Shown one piece after another: positions 33,344 to 42,569 of a stretch of DNA of 54,766 bases. The notes below the pieces were generated by a model. The model was not told where the DNA came from. It ran no database searches and saw only the letters and a program-made list of their open reading frames with translations. Each line of letters starts with the position of its first letter. Position 1 is the stretch's first letter. Origin of the DNA: Gaiellales bacterium (GTDB lineage Bacteria > Actinomycetota > Thermoleophilia > Gaiellales > JAICJC01). Made by a program: the position numbers and the translations under genes. The DNA is taken from NCBI GenBank assembly GCA_035639615.1, contig DASQXS010000370.1, positions 1 to 54,766 on the forward strand, in the 5' to 3' direction.

Positions 33344-34575
33344 AGGACAACGCCGCGCTTGTAGACGGCGGCGATGTCCCGGCCGGCGAGGTGGTAGGCG
33401 ACGTGGCGCCAGTCGGGCGCGTCCAGGAGCACGATGTCGGCGTCGTATCCGGGAGCGAGCCGGCCGACCCGGTCGGCGCGGCCGAGCACCCAGGCGGCGT
33501 TCACCGTGCACGCGCACAACGCCTCCGCGGGCGTCATCGCAAGCTGGGTGCAGGCGAGCGTCATCACCGCCGGAAGGGAGTCGCAGTAGGCGCTTCCGGG
33601 GTTGAAGTCGGTTGCGAGGACGGCGATCGCACCCGCGTCGATCAGCGCCCGCGCGGGTGGGGCCGGCCGGCGCAGGTAGAGGGCCGCAACGGGAAGCATC
33701 ACCGCCGCGACCTCGCTCTGGGCGAGCATCGCCGCTCCCGCACGGCCGGTCGCCTCCAGGTGGTCGACCGAGCGAGCGCCGAGCTCCACGGCGAGCGGAA
33801 TCGCGCCGGACTCGGTGAACTGGTCGCCGTGCAGGCGGGGGACCAGCCCGTGCTCCTGCGCCGCCCGCAGGAACCTGGCGGCCTCGTCGGCCGAGAACGC
33901 GCCCCGCTCGAGGAAGACGTCCGCCGCCTCCGCGACGGCGGCCGCGGCCGGAAGCACCTCGGCGAGGGCGAAGTCGAGATACTCGCCGGCCGACCCGAAC
34001 TCGGCCGGGACAGCATGGGCGCCCAGATACGTCGGCACCGTCTCGATCGGATGCGGCCCGCGCACCGCGTCGAGGCTTGCGAGCTCGGTCTCGCGGTCGA
34101 GCCCGTAGCCGGACTTCCCTTCGGCGGTCGTCGTGCCGTTGGCCGCCATCCAGGCGAGGTGGCGCGCCGTCGCCGTGGCCAGCTCGCGCCCGCCGAGGGC
34201 GCGCGTCGCGGCGACCGTCGAGCGGATGCCGCCGCCCGACGCGTGGATGCGCTCGTAGTCGGCGCCCTGGGCGCGCAGGTCGAACTCGCCGGCGCGGTGG
34301 CCGCCGAACGCCGGGTGCGTGTGGCAGTCGACGAGCCCCGGGATCGCCACCCGGCCGCCGCCGTCGACGGGCTCGAGGCCGGCGTGGTCGCCCTCGACCT
34401 CGCCGGGCGGTCCGACCGCGGCGATCCGGCCCTCGACCACCGCGATCGCCGCCGGCGAGACTACCTCGACGCTGTACGCCGCGGGCCCGCGCAGCGGCGC
34501 GTCGCGCCCGGCCGGGGTTGCGGCCGCCGCGAGGCCCGAGAGCAGGAAGCTCGGCCCCGCCTCAGGCCCTGCCAT
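33340..34575 (-). CDS. hutI: imidazolonepropionase
   Basis: 411 aa. 'IPGLVDCHTHPAFGG', 'GGGIRSTV' and 'HGDQF' are amidohydrolase metal-site contexts typical of HutI. Confidence 0.9.
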   Translation of the reverse strand: MAGPEAGPSFLLSGLAAAATPAGRDAPLRGPAAYSVEVVSPAAIAVVEGRIAAVGPPGEVEGDHAGLEPVDGGGRVAIPGLVDCHTHPAFGGHRAGEFDLRAQGADYERIHASGGGIRSTVAATRALGGRELATATARHLAWMAANGTTTAEGKSGYGLDRETELASLDAVRGPHPIETVPTYLGAHAVPAEFGSAGEYLDFALAEVLPAAAAVAEAADVFLERGAFSADEAARFLRAAQEHGLVPRLHGDQFTESGAIPLAVELGARSVDHLEATGRAGAAMLAQSEVAAVMLPVAALYLRRPAPPARALIDAGAIAVLATDFNPGSAYCDSLPAVMTLACTQLAMTPAEALCACTVNAAWVLGRADRVGRLAPGYDADIVLLDAPDWRHVAYHLAGRDIAAVYKRGVVL

Positions 34576-35245
34576 ACGCCGGGATCATCCCGCCGGACAG
34601 GGGCGCCGACGCGTCCGAGCAGAGCCACTCGATCGCCTCGGCGAGCTCGGATCCGGTCGTCCACCGCGAGAAGTCGGCGTCGGGGTTCTCGGCCCGGTTT
34701 CGGGGCGTGTCCACGATCTTCACGACGACCACGTTCGCGCGGATCCCCTGCCGTCGCACCTCGGCGTCCACGCAGCGCATGAGGCCGCCCAGCGCGACCT
34801 TCGAGACGATGTAGCCGGCGGCTCCCGGGAACGGCGCCAGCATCGCCGACGTGCCGATGTAGACGATCGAGCCGCGGCCGGCCGCCTTCATCGGCCCGAG
34901 GGCCGCGCGGGTCATGTGATAGGCCGTGTCCAGGTTGATCGCCATCTGGCGCCGCCACACGTCGACCGGCGCCTCGTCGATCGGCCCTGCCGCGTCGTAG
35001 CCGCCGGCGATGTTCGCCAGCGCGTCCACCGCGCCGAAACGATCCATCGCGGCATCGACGACGGCCTGGGCCTGGCCTGCGTCGGAGAGGTCGGCGGCGA
35101 CCGGCAGCACGCTGTCGGGGAGGTCGTCGGGTGCGGCGCCGTGGTGGGTGGCGGCGACCTGCCAGCCGCGCTCGACGAAGAGGTCGAGGACCGCCCTTCC
35201 CCAGCCGCCGGTGACACCGGTCAGGACGGCCGTCCGTGCGGCCAC
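34562..35245 (-). CDS. short-chain dehydrogenase/reductase
   Basis: GTG 35245 gives 227 aa. 'AVLTGVTGGWG' is the cofactor motif and 'YIVSKVAL' is the YxxxK motif. It lies between hutU and hutI. Confidence 0.8.
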   Translation of the reverse strand: MAARTAVLTGVTGGWGRAVLDLFVERGWQVAATHHGAAPDDLPDSVLPVAADLSDAGQAQAVVDAAMDRFGAVDALANIAGGYDAAGPIDEAPVDVWRRQMAINLDTAYHMTRAALGPMKAAGRGSIVYIGTSAMLAPFPGAAGYIVSKVALGGLMRCVDAEVRRQGIRANVVVVKIVDTPRNRAENPDADFSRWTTGSELAEAIEWLCSDASAPLSGGMIPAYGRA

Positions 35246-35247
35246 TC

Positions 35248-36945
35248 CTACTGCTCCATGGGCAGGCGAACGCCCTTCTCGTGGGCGGTGTCGAGCGCCT
35301 CTTGGTAGCCGGCGTCCGCGTGCCGGGCGACGCCGATGCCGGGGTCGTTCGTCAGCACCCGCTCGAGCCGCTCGTCCATCTCGTCGCTGCCGTCGGCGAC
35401 GATGACGAGGCCGGCGTGGATGGCGTTGCCGATGCCGACGCCGCCGCCGTGGTGCACGGACACCCACGACGCGCCCGACGCGGTGGACAGGAGCGCGTTC
35501 AGGATCGGCCAGTCGGCGATCGCGTCCGATCCGTCGCGCATCGACTCGGTCTCCCGGAACGGCGAGGCGACCGACCCCGTGTCGAGATGGTCGCGGCCGA
35601 TCACCACCGGCGCCTTGAGCTCGCCGCGGCGCACGAGGTCGTTGAAGATGAGGCCCGCACGGACGCGGTCGCCGTAGCCGAGCCAGCAGATTCTGGCCGG
35701 CAGGCCCTGGAACGCGACCCGCTCGGGCGCGAGCCGGAGCCAGCGCTGCAGGAGGGCGTCGTCGGGGAAGGCCGCGAGCAGCGCCGCGTCGATCCTGCTG
35801 ATGTCGGCTGGGTCGCCCGAGAGCGCGGCCCACCGGAACGGCCCGGCGCCGCGGCAGAAGAGCGGGCGCACATAGGCGGGTACGAAGCCGGGGTAGTCGA
35901 ACGCCTGCGCGAGGCCGGCGTCATGGGCCTCGGTGCGCAGGTTGTTGCCGTAGTCGAAGACGTGGCTGCCGGCCGCCTTCAGGTCGAGCATCGCCTGCAC
36001 GTGGCGCACCGCCGTCGCCCGTGCCCGGCGGACGTACTCGTCGGGGTCGGAGGCGCGCAGGGAGAGCGCGTCGGCCAGCGGGATCCCCGCGGGGACGTAG
36101 CCGTTCAGCATGTCGTGTGCCGACGTCTGGTCGGTGACCAGGTCGAAGTGCACGCCCCGGCCGGCGATCTCCGCGAACGCGTCGGCGGCGTTTGCGAGAA
36201 GGCCGACCGAGACGCCGCGGCGGTCAGCCGCGAAGCGCTCGACTCGGGCGAGGGCGTCGTCGAGGTCGTCGGCGACCTCGTCCAGGTACCGCGTCTCGAG
36301 CCGGCGCTCGATCCGGTGCGGGTCGACCTCGACGTTCAGGCTGGCGGCGCCGGCTAGAGAGGCGGCCAGGGGCTGGGCTCCTCCCATGCCGCCGAGCCCG
36401 GCGGTCAGGATCGTCCGCCCGGCGAGGTCCGGCGATCCCCAGTGCGCCTCGCCGGCGGCCGAGAACGTCTGGTAGGTGCCCTGGAGGATCCCCTGGGTGC
36501 CGATGTAGATCCACGACCCTGCGGTCATCTGCCCGAACATCGTGAGCCCCTCCGCCTCGAGCCGGCGGAACTCGTCCCAGTTCGCAAATCGGGGCACGAG
36601 GAGCGAGTTGGCGATGAGGACGCGGGGCGCGCCGGGATGCGTGCGGAAGACGGCGACGGGCTTCCCGCTCTGCACGAGCAGCGTCTCGTCGTTCTCGAGC
36701 TCGATCAGGGCGGCCACGATCGCGCGCAGCGCCTCGTGGCTGCGCGCGGCCCGGCCGGAGCCGCCGTAGACGATCAGCCGTTCGGGGTCCTCCGCCACCT
36801 CGGCGTCGAGGTTGTTGAGGAGCATGCGCAGGGCCGCCTCCTGGTGCCAGCCCTTGCAGCGCCGCTCGCCACCGCGCGGCGCGCGGACGGCGGCGAGATC
36901 GCCGACCAGCGCCTCGACCTCGGAGTGCACGGCCGCGGTGGCCAT
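35248..36945 (-). CDS. hutU: urocanate hydratase
   Basis: ATG 36945 gives 565 aa. Motifs: '[32 protein letters not shown]', '[20 protein letters not shown]', '[10 protein letters not shown]'. Confidence 0.95.
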   Translation of the reverse strand: MATAAVHSEVEALVGDLAAVRAPRGGERRCKGWHQEAALRMLLNNLDAEVAEDPERLIVYGGSGRAARSHEALRAIVAALIELENDETLLVQSGKPVAVFRTHPGAPRVLIANSLLVPRFANWDEFRRLEAEGLTMFGQMTAGSWIYIGTQGILQGTYQTFSAAGEAHWGSPDLAGRTILTAGLGGMGGAQPLAASLAGAASLNVEVDPHRIERRLETRYLDEVADDLDDALARVERFAADRRGVSVGLLANAADAFAEIAGRGVHFDLVTDQTSAHDMLNGYVPAGIPLADALSLRASDPDEYVRRARATAVRHVQAMLDLKAAGSHVFDYGNNLRTEAHDAGLAQAFDYPGFVPAYVRPLFCRGAGPFRWAALSGDPADISRIDAALLAAFPDDALLQRWLRLAPERVAFQGLPARICWLGYGDRVRAGLIFNDLVRRGELKAPVVIGRDHLDTGSVASPFRETESMRDGSDAIADWPILNALLSTASGASWVSVHHGGGVGIGNAIHAGLVIVADGSDEMDERLERVLTNDPGIGVARHADAGYQEALDTAHEKGVRLPMEQ

Positions 36946-36985
36946 CACCGAAACGCTATCAGGGAGCGAGCTAGCATCCGCGCCC

Positions 36986-38077
36986 ATGAAGCGGGCGGGG
37001 CTCCTCATCATCTGCGCCGCCGCGGTCCTGCTTGCGGCCGGCACCGCCCGCGCCGAGGCGTCGGTGCGGCTGCTTCGCATCGCCCACGGGCTCTCGAGCC
37101 CGCTCTACCTGACGGCGCCGCGCGGAGACCCGCGCCTCTTCATCGTCCAGCAGACCGGCCAGATCCGCGTCTATCGCGGCGGCCGGGTGCGCTCGCGGCC
37201 GTTCCTCGACATCTCTGGGCATGTCAGCTGCTGCGGCGAGCAGGGCCTCCTGTCGATGGCGTTCGACCCGAACTACCGCCGCACCGGCCGCTTCTACGTC
37301 GACTACACGAACCGTCGCGGCGATTCGCGCGTCGCCCAGTTCCGCGTCCTCGCCGGCCATCCCAACCGGGCGAACCCGTTCTCGAAGCGCGTGCTCCTGA
37401 AGGTCCACCAGCCGTTCTCGAACCACAACGGCGGCCAGCTGCAGTTCGGCCCCGACGGGCTCCTCTACGTCTCATTCGGCGACGGCGGGAGCGAGGGCGA
37501 CCCCAACCTCATCGGGCAGAAGAAGCGCGGTGCGCTCAGCAAGATCCTGCGGCTCAACGTCAACAAGGCGCACCCGTCGCCCGCGGTCTACGCGTACGGC
37601 CTGCGCAATCCGTGGCGGTTCTCGTTCGACCGCAAGACCGGCGGCCTCTGGATCGGCGACGTCGGCCAGGACCGCTGGGAGGAGGTCGACCACCTGAAGC
37701 ACGGCGCGGCGCCCGGCGCCAACTTCGGTTGGAGCTACTACGAGGGCACGCACGTCTTCAAGACCCAGCGGATCGACCGCTCGCACCTCCGCTTCCCGGT
37801 GAAGCAGTACGCGCACAGCGTCGGCGGCCCGGACAACTGCTCCGTCACCGGCGGGTACGTCTACCGCGGCCACGACATCCCCAGGCTGCGCGGGCACTAC
37901 CTCTATGCCGACTTCTGCTCTGGACGGATCTGGAAGCTGCCCGTGACCGGCGGCCGCGCCCGGCTCATGCCCATCAGCTTCAGGGCGGCCCAGATCTCCT
38001 CGTTCGGGCAGGGGTCGCGGGGCGAGCTCTACGTCGTCTCGCTCGCCGGCTCGGTCTACAAGATCGTGCGCCGCTGA
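36986..38077 (+). CDS. secreted PQQ-dependent sugar dehydrogenase (soluble aldose/sorbosone dehydrogenase family)
   Basis: ATG 36986 gives 363 aa. Signal peptide: '[23 protein letters not shown]'. Motifs: '[11 protein letters not shown]', '[22 protein letters not shown]', '[11 protein letters not shown]'. Confidence 0.85.
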   Translation: MKRAGLLIICAAAVLLAAGTARAEASVRLLRIAHGLSSPLYLTAPRGDPRLFIVQQTGQIRVYRGGRVRSRPFLDISGHVSCCGEQGLLSMAFDPNYRRTGRFYVDYTNRRGDSRVAQFRVLAGHPNRANPFSKRVLLKVHQPFSNHNGGQLQFGPDGLLYVSFGDGGSEGDPNLIGQKKRGALSKILRLNVNKAHPSPAVYAYGLRNPWRFSFDRKTGGLWIGDVGQDRWEEVDHLKHGAAPGANFGWSYYEGTHVFKTQRIDRSHLRFPVKQYAHSVGGPDNCSVTGGYVYRGHDIPRLRGHYLYADFCSGRIWKLPVTGGRARLMPISFRAAQISSFGQGSRGELYVVSLAGSVYKIVRR

Positions 38078-38126
38078 TCGCAGGCAGCTGAAGCATCGGC
38101 GCAGGGCTGCCGATGACGGTCGAGAC

Positions 38127-38682
38127 GTGAACCGACCAGCCCGACGCTTGTTCACGCTCGTCACCGGCCTCGCAATCGTCGCCGCGTGCGGCCCGACGAG
38201 CTCGACCGCACATCTCCCGCGTGGCGACGCAACGCTCGTCGCCCGGGCAAGCGCCGCCACCGCCGCCGCGAGGACCGCCCATGTATGGATCAGAACGGTC
38301 GATCAGTCGTCCGACTTCGGCCGGGTCGAAACCGTGGCGACCGGCGTCGTGACCCTCGACTCCCCACTCCGAGGCCGGTTGGCCACCCGCATCACGCTGC
38401 CTGGTGGGGCCGGCGTGATGCGCGGCACGCAGCCTTTGACCTGGCCGCGGATCTACGTGATGTCGCACCGCGACGGTACGCGGTGTGCCAACGGTCCACT
38501 TGGCGCTGAGGCTCACGGACGCGCACTATCCGGCAGAGGTGTGGATCGATGGGGACGCCCGCCTTCGACGTGAGCGGATCGCACTCCCCGAGACGCGCGG
38601 CAACCGATGGACAGCAACCATCGAGTTCACGAGCTTCGGTGCCCCGGCCCTGGTCGACTTCCCCCGGCGAGGAGCGTGGTGA
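38127..38682 (+). pseudogene. lipoprotein gene interrupted by a frameshift near 38461-38490 (pseudogene or sequencing error)
   Basis: ORF 38127..38573 starts with the lipobox 'LVTGLAIVAAC' but ends in an Arg/Gly-rich tail with poor third-position G/C. From about 38485 the +1 frame (ORF 38485..38682, 'PTVHLALRLTDAHYPAEVWIDGDARLRRERIAL...') has the coding-like third-position bias. That frame is closed upstream by TGA 38458-38460. Confidence 0.45.
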
Positions 38683-38743
38683 GGGTCGACCGGTCGGATC
38701 TCTACACAGTTGCCGAGTATCCCGCCTGGTCGCAGTAGACGGC

Positions 38744-40276
38744 CTACCGCAGCTCCCCCGCGGCCCCCTCGACCTCGGCCAGGATCGAGCCGTCGCGTAC
38801 TGCCGCGGCGAGCTGATCGATCTCCGCCGCGAGCGACCGGTCGCGCTCGAGGTGCGGCGAGCGCCGCCGCACCGCCTCGTGCAGCACCGAGACGCCCGGG
38901 CCGGGCGTGAGTGGCGCCAGGAAGTCGAGCCCCTGGGCGCCGCAGAGGAGCTCGACCGCGAGCACCCGCTCGACGTTCGCGCACACCTGCCACAGGTGGA
39001 CGGCCGCCGTGGCGCCCATCGACACGTGATCCTCCTGTCCGGCGCTCGTCGGGATCGAATCGACGCTCGCCGGGTGCGCCAGCACCTTGTTCTCGGAGAC
39101 GAGGCTGGCGGCGACGTACTGGGCGATCATGAAGCCGGAGTTGAGACCGCCGTCCTCGGTCAGAAAGGCCGGCAGGCCGTTCGACATCGTCGGGTTCAGC
39201 ATCCGCTCGATCCGCCGCTCCGAGATCCCGGCGAGCTCCGCCAGGGCGATCTTGAGGGCGTCGAGCGGGATCGCCACGGGCTCGCCGTGGAAGTTGCCGT
39301 TCGAGACGACCTCCTCCCTGTCGGCGAGGACGAGCGGGTTGTCCGTGGCGGCGTTCAGCTCGACCGAGACCGCCCGCGCGCAGTAGTCGAGCGCGTCGCG
39401 CACCGCCCCGTGCACCTGCGGCGTGCACCGAAGCGAGTAGGCGTCCTGCACGCGCCCGCACCAGCGGTGTGACGCCACGATCTGCGAGTCGTCGAGCAGG
39501 CGGTACAGGTTCAGCGCCGACGCCTCCTGCCCGGGATGCGGGCGAAGCGCTTGGAGCTCGGGCGCGAAGGGAGTGCGCGAGCCGCGCACGGCCTCGATCG
39601 TCTGGGCCGCGGCAAGGTCGGCGAGCTTGACCATGCGGCGGGCGCGGCACACGGTGAGGGCGCCGATCGCCGCCATGAACTGGGTGCCGTTGATCAGCGC
39701 CAGCCCCTCCTTGGCGGCGAGCACGATCGGCGTGAGCCCGGCGCGGGCCAGCGCGTCCGCTCCGGGAAGCGTCTCCCCGTCGACGCGCGCCTCGCCCTCG
39801 CCCACCAGCACGAGGGCGAGATGGGCGAGCGGCGCCAGGTCGCCGCTCGCGCCGAGCGACCCGCGCGACGGCACGACTGGATGCACCCCGGCCGCGAGCA
39901 TGTCGAGGAGGAGCTGGACGGTCTCGCGGCGCACGCCGGAGGTGCCCGTGGCGAGCGCGTTCGCGCGCAGGAGCGTCGCGCCGCGGACGATCTCGTCCGG
40001 AAACGCCGCGCCCGTACCGCACGCGTGGCTCCGGAGCAGGTTCAGCTGCAGATCGGCCGCCTGAGCGGCGTCGATGTGGACGTCGACCAGACGCCCGAAG
40101 CCGGTGTTCACGCCGTAGGTCGGCCGCCCCTCCGCGACAACGCGTTCGATCAGCTCCCGCGAGGCCGCGATCTGCCGCTCGGCCTCGGGCGCGAGCTCGA
40201 TCTCGGGACGGCCGTGAGCCACCCGCTCGACGTCGTCGATTGCGAGATCGTGACCGCTGAGCCTGATCCCCTGCAC
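38744..40276 (-). CDS. hutH: histidine ammonia-lyase
   Basis: 510 aa with GTG start. 'YGVNTGFG' is present, and 'GSLGASGDLAPLAH' carries the MIO-forming Ala-Ser-Gly. Confidence 0.96.
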   Translation of the reverse strand: MQGIRLSGHDLAIDDVERVAHGRPEIELAPEAERQIAASRELIERVVAEGRPTYGVNTGFGRLVDVHIDAAQAADLQLNLLRSHACGTGAAFPDEIVRGATLLRANALATGTSGVRRETVQLLLDMLAAGVHPVVPSRGSLGASGDLAPLAHLALVLVGEGEARVDGETLPGADALARAGLTPIVLAAKEGLALINGTQFMAAIGALTVCRARRMVKLADLAAAQTIEAVRGSRTPFAPELQALRPHPGQEASALNLYRLLDDSQIVASHRWCGRVQDAYSLRCTPQVHGAVRDALDYCARAVSVELNAATDNPLVLADREEVVSNGNFHGEPVAIPLDALKIALAELAGISERRIERMLNPTMSNGLPAFLTEDGGLNSGFMIAQYVAASLVSENKVLAHPASVDSIPTSAGQEDHVSMGATAAVHLWQVCANVERVLAVELLCGAQGLDFLAPLTPGPGVSVLHEAVRRRSPHLERDRSLAAEIDQLAAAVRDGSILAEVEGAAGELR

Positions 40277-40289
40277 CCGGTCGCGAAGG

Positions 40290-41198
40290 CTACCGTCCCG
40301 GCGCGTCGCTCACCGCCCCGAACTCGCCGGCCACAGCCACCTCGAGCAGCCGGTCCGGGCGCATCTCGAGAAGCCGCAGGGCGTCGCCGGCGGCCGCGGC
40401 CGCCACCCCGGCCGGCATCAACCCGACCAGCTCGCCTCCGGCGACGCCGACCCCGCGCCCGGCCGCCAGCCGCGCGACCTCGGCGACGACGCGGTGAAGC
40501 GGGGTCGCGGCGACGTCGATCAGGTTCATCGAGACCTGCGCCCGGCCGCTTCGGCGCAGCCCGAGGCCGAGCGCCTGGACGCCCGCCAGGCCCCCGTCAC
40601 GCTCCCGAATCGCGGTCGCGATCGCCCGCGCCACCTCGACGTCGGAGGTCTCGAGATCCACGTTGAAGGCCACGAGCGGCGGGCGGACGCCGACGAGCAC
40701 GGCCCCGGCGCTCGGGTGAAGGCGCATCGGCCCCCAGAGGGGGGCCGCCTCGGCGGCGTCGACGCGGCCCTGAAGCCCCGCCGTCCCGCCTGCGCGGAAG
40801 AACGCCGGGCGAAGCCCACCGCCCAGATCGGCGTACCCGAAGACCGGGATCCCGGACGCGCCGATGCGCTCGCCCAGCTCGCGGGCGGCGCGCTCGGGCA
40901 CAGGATCGCCCGGCCGGAAGCGCACGAAGGGGACGACGTCGGCCGCGCCGACGCGCGGATGCACGCCTTCGTGGCGGCGAAGGTCGATCCGATCGGCCGC
41001 CACGGCAACCGCCGCGGCGAGGCCTGAGACGAGCCCGTCGGGATCCCCCACGCAGGTGAAGACCGAGCGGTTGTGGTCGGAGTCGGCATGGACGTCGAGC
41101 ACGCGCGCGTGCCCGTCGATCGCGGCGCGGATCGCGGCCAGGACGTCCGGGTCGCGTCCCTCCGAGAAGTTCGGCACTGACTCGAGGAGGCCGCGCAT
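40290..41198 (-). CDS. glutamate formimidoyltransferase (transferase domain only, no cyclodeaminase domain)
   Basis: 302 aa. 'LESVPNFSEGRD', 'DHNRSVFT' and 'HPRVGAADVVPF' are typical of the FTCD N-terminal and central subdomains. Confidence 0.85.
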   Translation of the reverse strand: MRGLLESVPNFSEGRDPDVLAAIRAAIDGHARVLDVHADSDHNRSVFTCVGDPDGLVSGLAAAVAVAADRIDLRRHEGVHPRVGAADVVPFVRFRPGDPVPERAARELGERIGASGIPVFGYADLGGGLRPAFFRAGGTAGLQGRVDAAEAAPLWGPMRLHPSAGAVLVGVRPPLVAFNVDLETSDVEVARAIATAIRERDGGLAGVQALGLGLRRSGRAQVSMNLIDVAATPLHRVVAEVARLAAGRGVGVAGGELVGLMPAGVAAAAAGDALRLLEMRPDRLLEVAVAGEFGAVSDAPGR

Positions 41199-41229
41199 GG
41201 CCGGCCATTATCCGGGAACGGCGCGCCTC

Positions 41230-41795
41230 TCGAGCGGGCCTCCAGTGGGAGGCCCGCCTGAGGGAGATAACGCGTCCTGGGGGGAGAACGTCGTCATGGC
41301 CTGGCGTCTGCGCGAACGTGCCCGGGAGGAAGCCGGATCGGCCAGGCGCTTACAGTCTCGACAAAGACCGGGCCGCGTGCATGCCCCTTTCGGGGGATCC
41401 GGCCTCCGCCCAGGCACGGGGCATACCTCAAAATGGTGATCGAACTCCCACCGAACGAGCGACGACGGCGGGTGTGGCTCCGACGATCATGTGAGTACGG
41501 ATCGAAAAGGCAAACTCGCCGCGAGGCGAGCACGCAAAGCTAGAGGTCTCGCAAGAGACAGCTCGGCTGCCGAAACCGGGCCCCCCTCACGATGCGACGT
41601 CCGGATCCGCGGAAGAACGCGGGTTCGTACCTTGCGAGGGAGGCTCCCAGCGACGACTCTCGTCGCGCCGCGCACTCGGGATAGGCACCCGGATGCGCAC
41701 CTCGATCCGACTCGACACGGTGCGGACGGTGGGCGCTGCGGGGGGCAGTGCCACAAGGTGGCAGTGAGGCCCACCGTCCGCCCCGTCACCTGGTC
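41230..41795. ncRNA. unassigned hairpin-rich non-coding region (candidate structured RNA or long leader); strand and class unknown
   Basis: A 600-nt gap with no ORF of genome-like codon bias. It contains A/T-rich stretches (ctcaaaatggtgatcgaact, ggatcgaaaaggcaaact). Hairpins: 41236-41255 (gggcctcc-agtg-ggaggccc), 41384-41395 (cccc-tttc-gggg), 41515-41530 (ctcgcc-GCGA-ggcgag), 41546-41559 (gtctc-GCAA-gagac), 41607-41622, 41650-41666, and a 13-bp stem pairing 41722-41734 with 41769-41781. Confidence 0.4.
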
Positions 41796-41798
41796 CCG

Positions 41799-42569
41799 TC
41801 ACGGCCGCGTCCACAGGGCGCCCGAGCTGTAGCGGCGCAGGCCGAGCGCGAACGACACGGAGCCGAGCACGGCGAAGGCGACCGCCGCGCCGGCGGCGCC
41901 AGCCGCCACCGGCCAGCTCCAGCCGTCGACCAGCCGCGTGGGAAGGCCGGTCACGAACGCCGCCGGGACGGCGGTGAACAGAAAGAGCTTCGTGAGGCCG
42001 CCGAACACGTCCAGCGGATACGACGCGAAGATCAGGATCGCCTGGAAGCCCAGGTCGGCCTGCTCGCCGCGGCCGCCGGCGAAGAGGGTCACCGAGCCCA
42101 GCGCGACGAGAAACCCGACGAGCACCACCGCGCCGCACAGCGAGCCGAAGACGAACACGGCCGCGCGCTCGGGAGTCGGGTCGCCGGCGGTGGCGAACAG
42201 GATCGGGCCGAACGCGAGGTCGCCGAGGAGGGCCGTGTCCACCCTGCGTGTGAGCAGGTAGGGAAGCGGGCTCGTCGGGAGGGCGAGCACGGCGTCGAGG
42301 CCGCCGCCGGCGACCAGCTCCCCGATCCTGCGGGCGTTGGCGAGCAACCCGAGCCCGATCCCGGTGACGGTCGTCAGGATCGCGAACAGCAAGAGCACCC
42401 GGTGGGTGTCCCACCCGCGCAGCGAGCCGACGCGGTTGAAGAAGAGCACCCAGAACACGACCCAGGCGACGTCGTTCGCGATCATGATCGAGACCTGGAA
42501 CCAGAACCCGCGCCGGTTCGACCACGCCTCGAGGACGGCGGTGCGGAGGGTGGCCGCGACGACCGTCAC
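41799..42569 (-). CDS. ABC-2 family transporter permease
   Basis: 256 aa with six hydrophobic segments. GTG 42569 overlaps the upstream stop (GTGA). It is a paralogue of the preceding permease. Confidence 0.8.
   Translation of the reverse strand: MTVVAATLRTAVLEAWSNRRGFWFQVSIMIANDVAWVVFWVLFFNRVGSLRGWDTHRVLLLFAILTTVTGIGLGLLANARRIGELVAGGGLDAVLALPTSPLPYLLTRRVDTALLGDLAFGPILFATAGDPTPERAAVFVFGSLCGAVVLVGFLVALGSVTLFAGGRGEQADLGFQAILIFASYPLDVFGGLTKLFLFTAVPAAFVTGLPTRLVDGWSWPVAAGAAGAAVAFAVLGSVSFALGLRRYSSGALWTRP

Noticed and set aside
41199-41798. tmRNA (ssrA) or RNase P RNA
   Set aside because: On the minus strand, 'GGGGGGCCCGGTTTCGGCAG' (about 41593-41574) resembles the tmRNA 5' end 'GGGGCTGAACGGTTTCGAC'. 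However, there is no T-arm (GGTTCGAxTCC) followed by CCACCA. There is no acceptor pairing and no Ala-resume tag ending in ...LAA-stop. The RNase P signatures (GAGGAAAGTCC, GGGTGAAA, ACAGAACCCGGCTTA) are absent on both strands. SRP, T-box, cobalamin and TPP boxes were not seen either.
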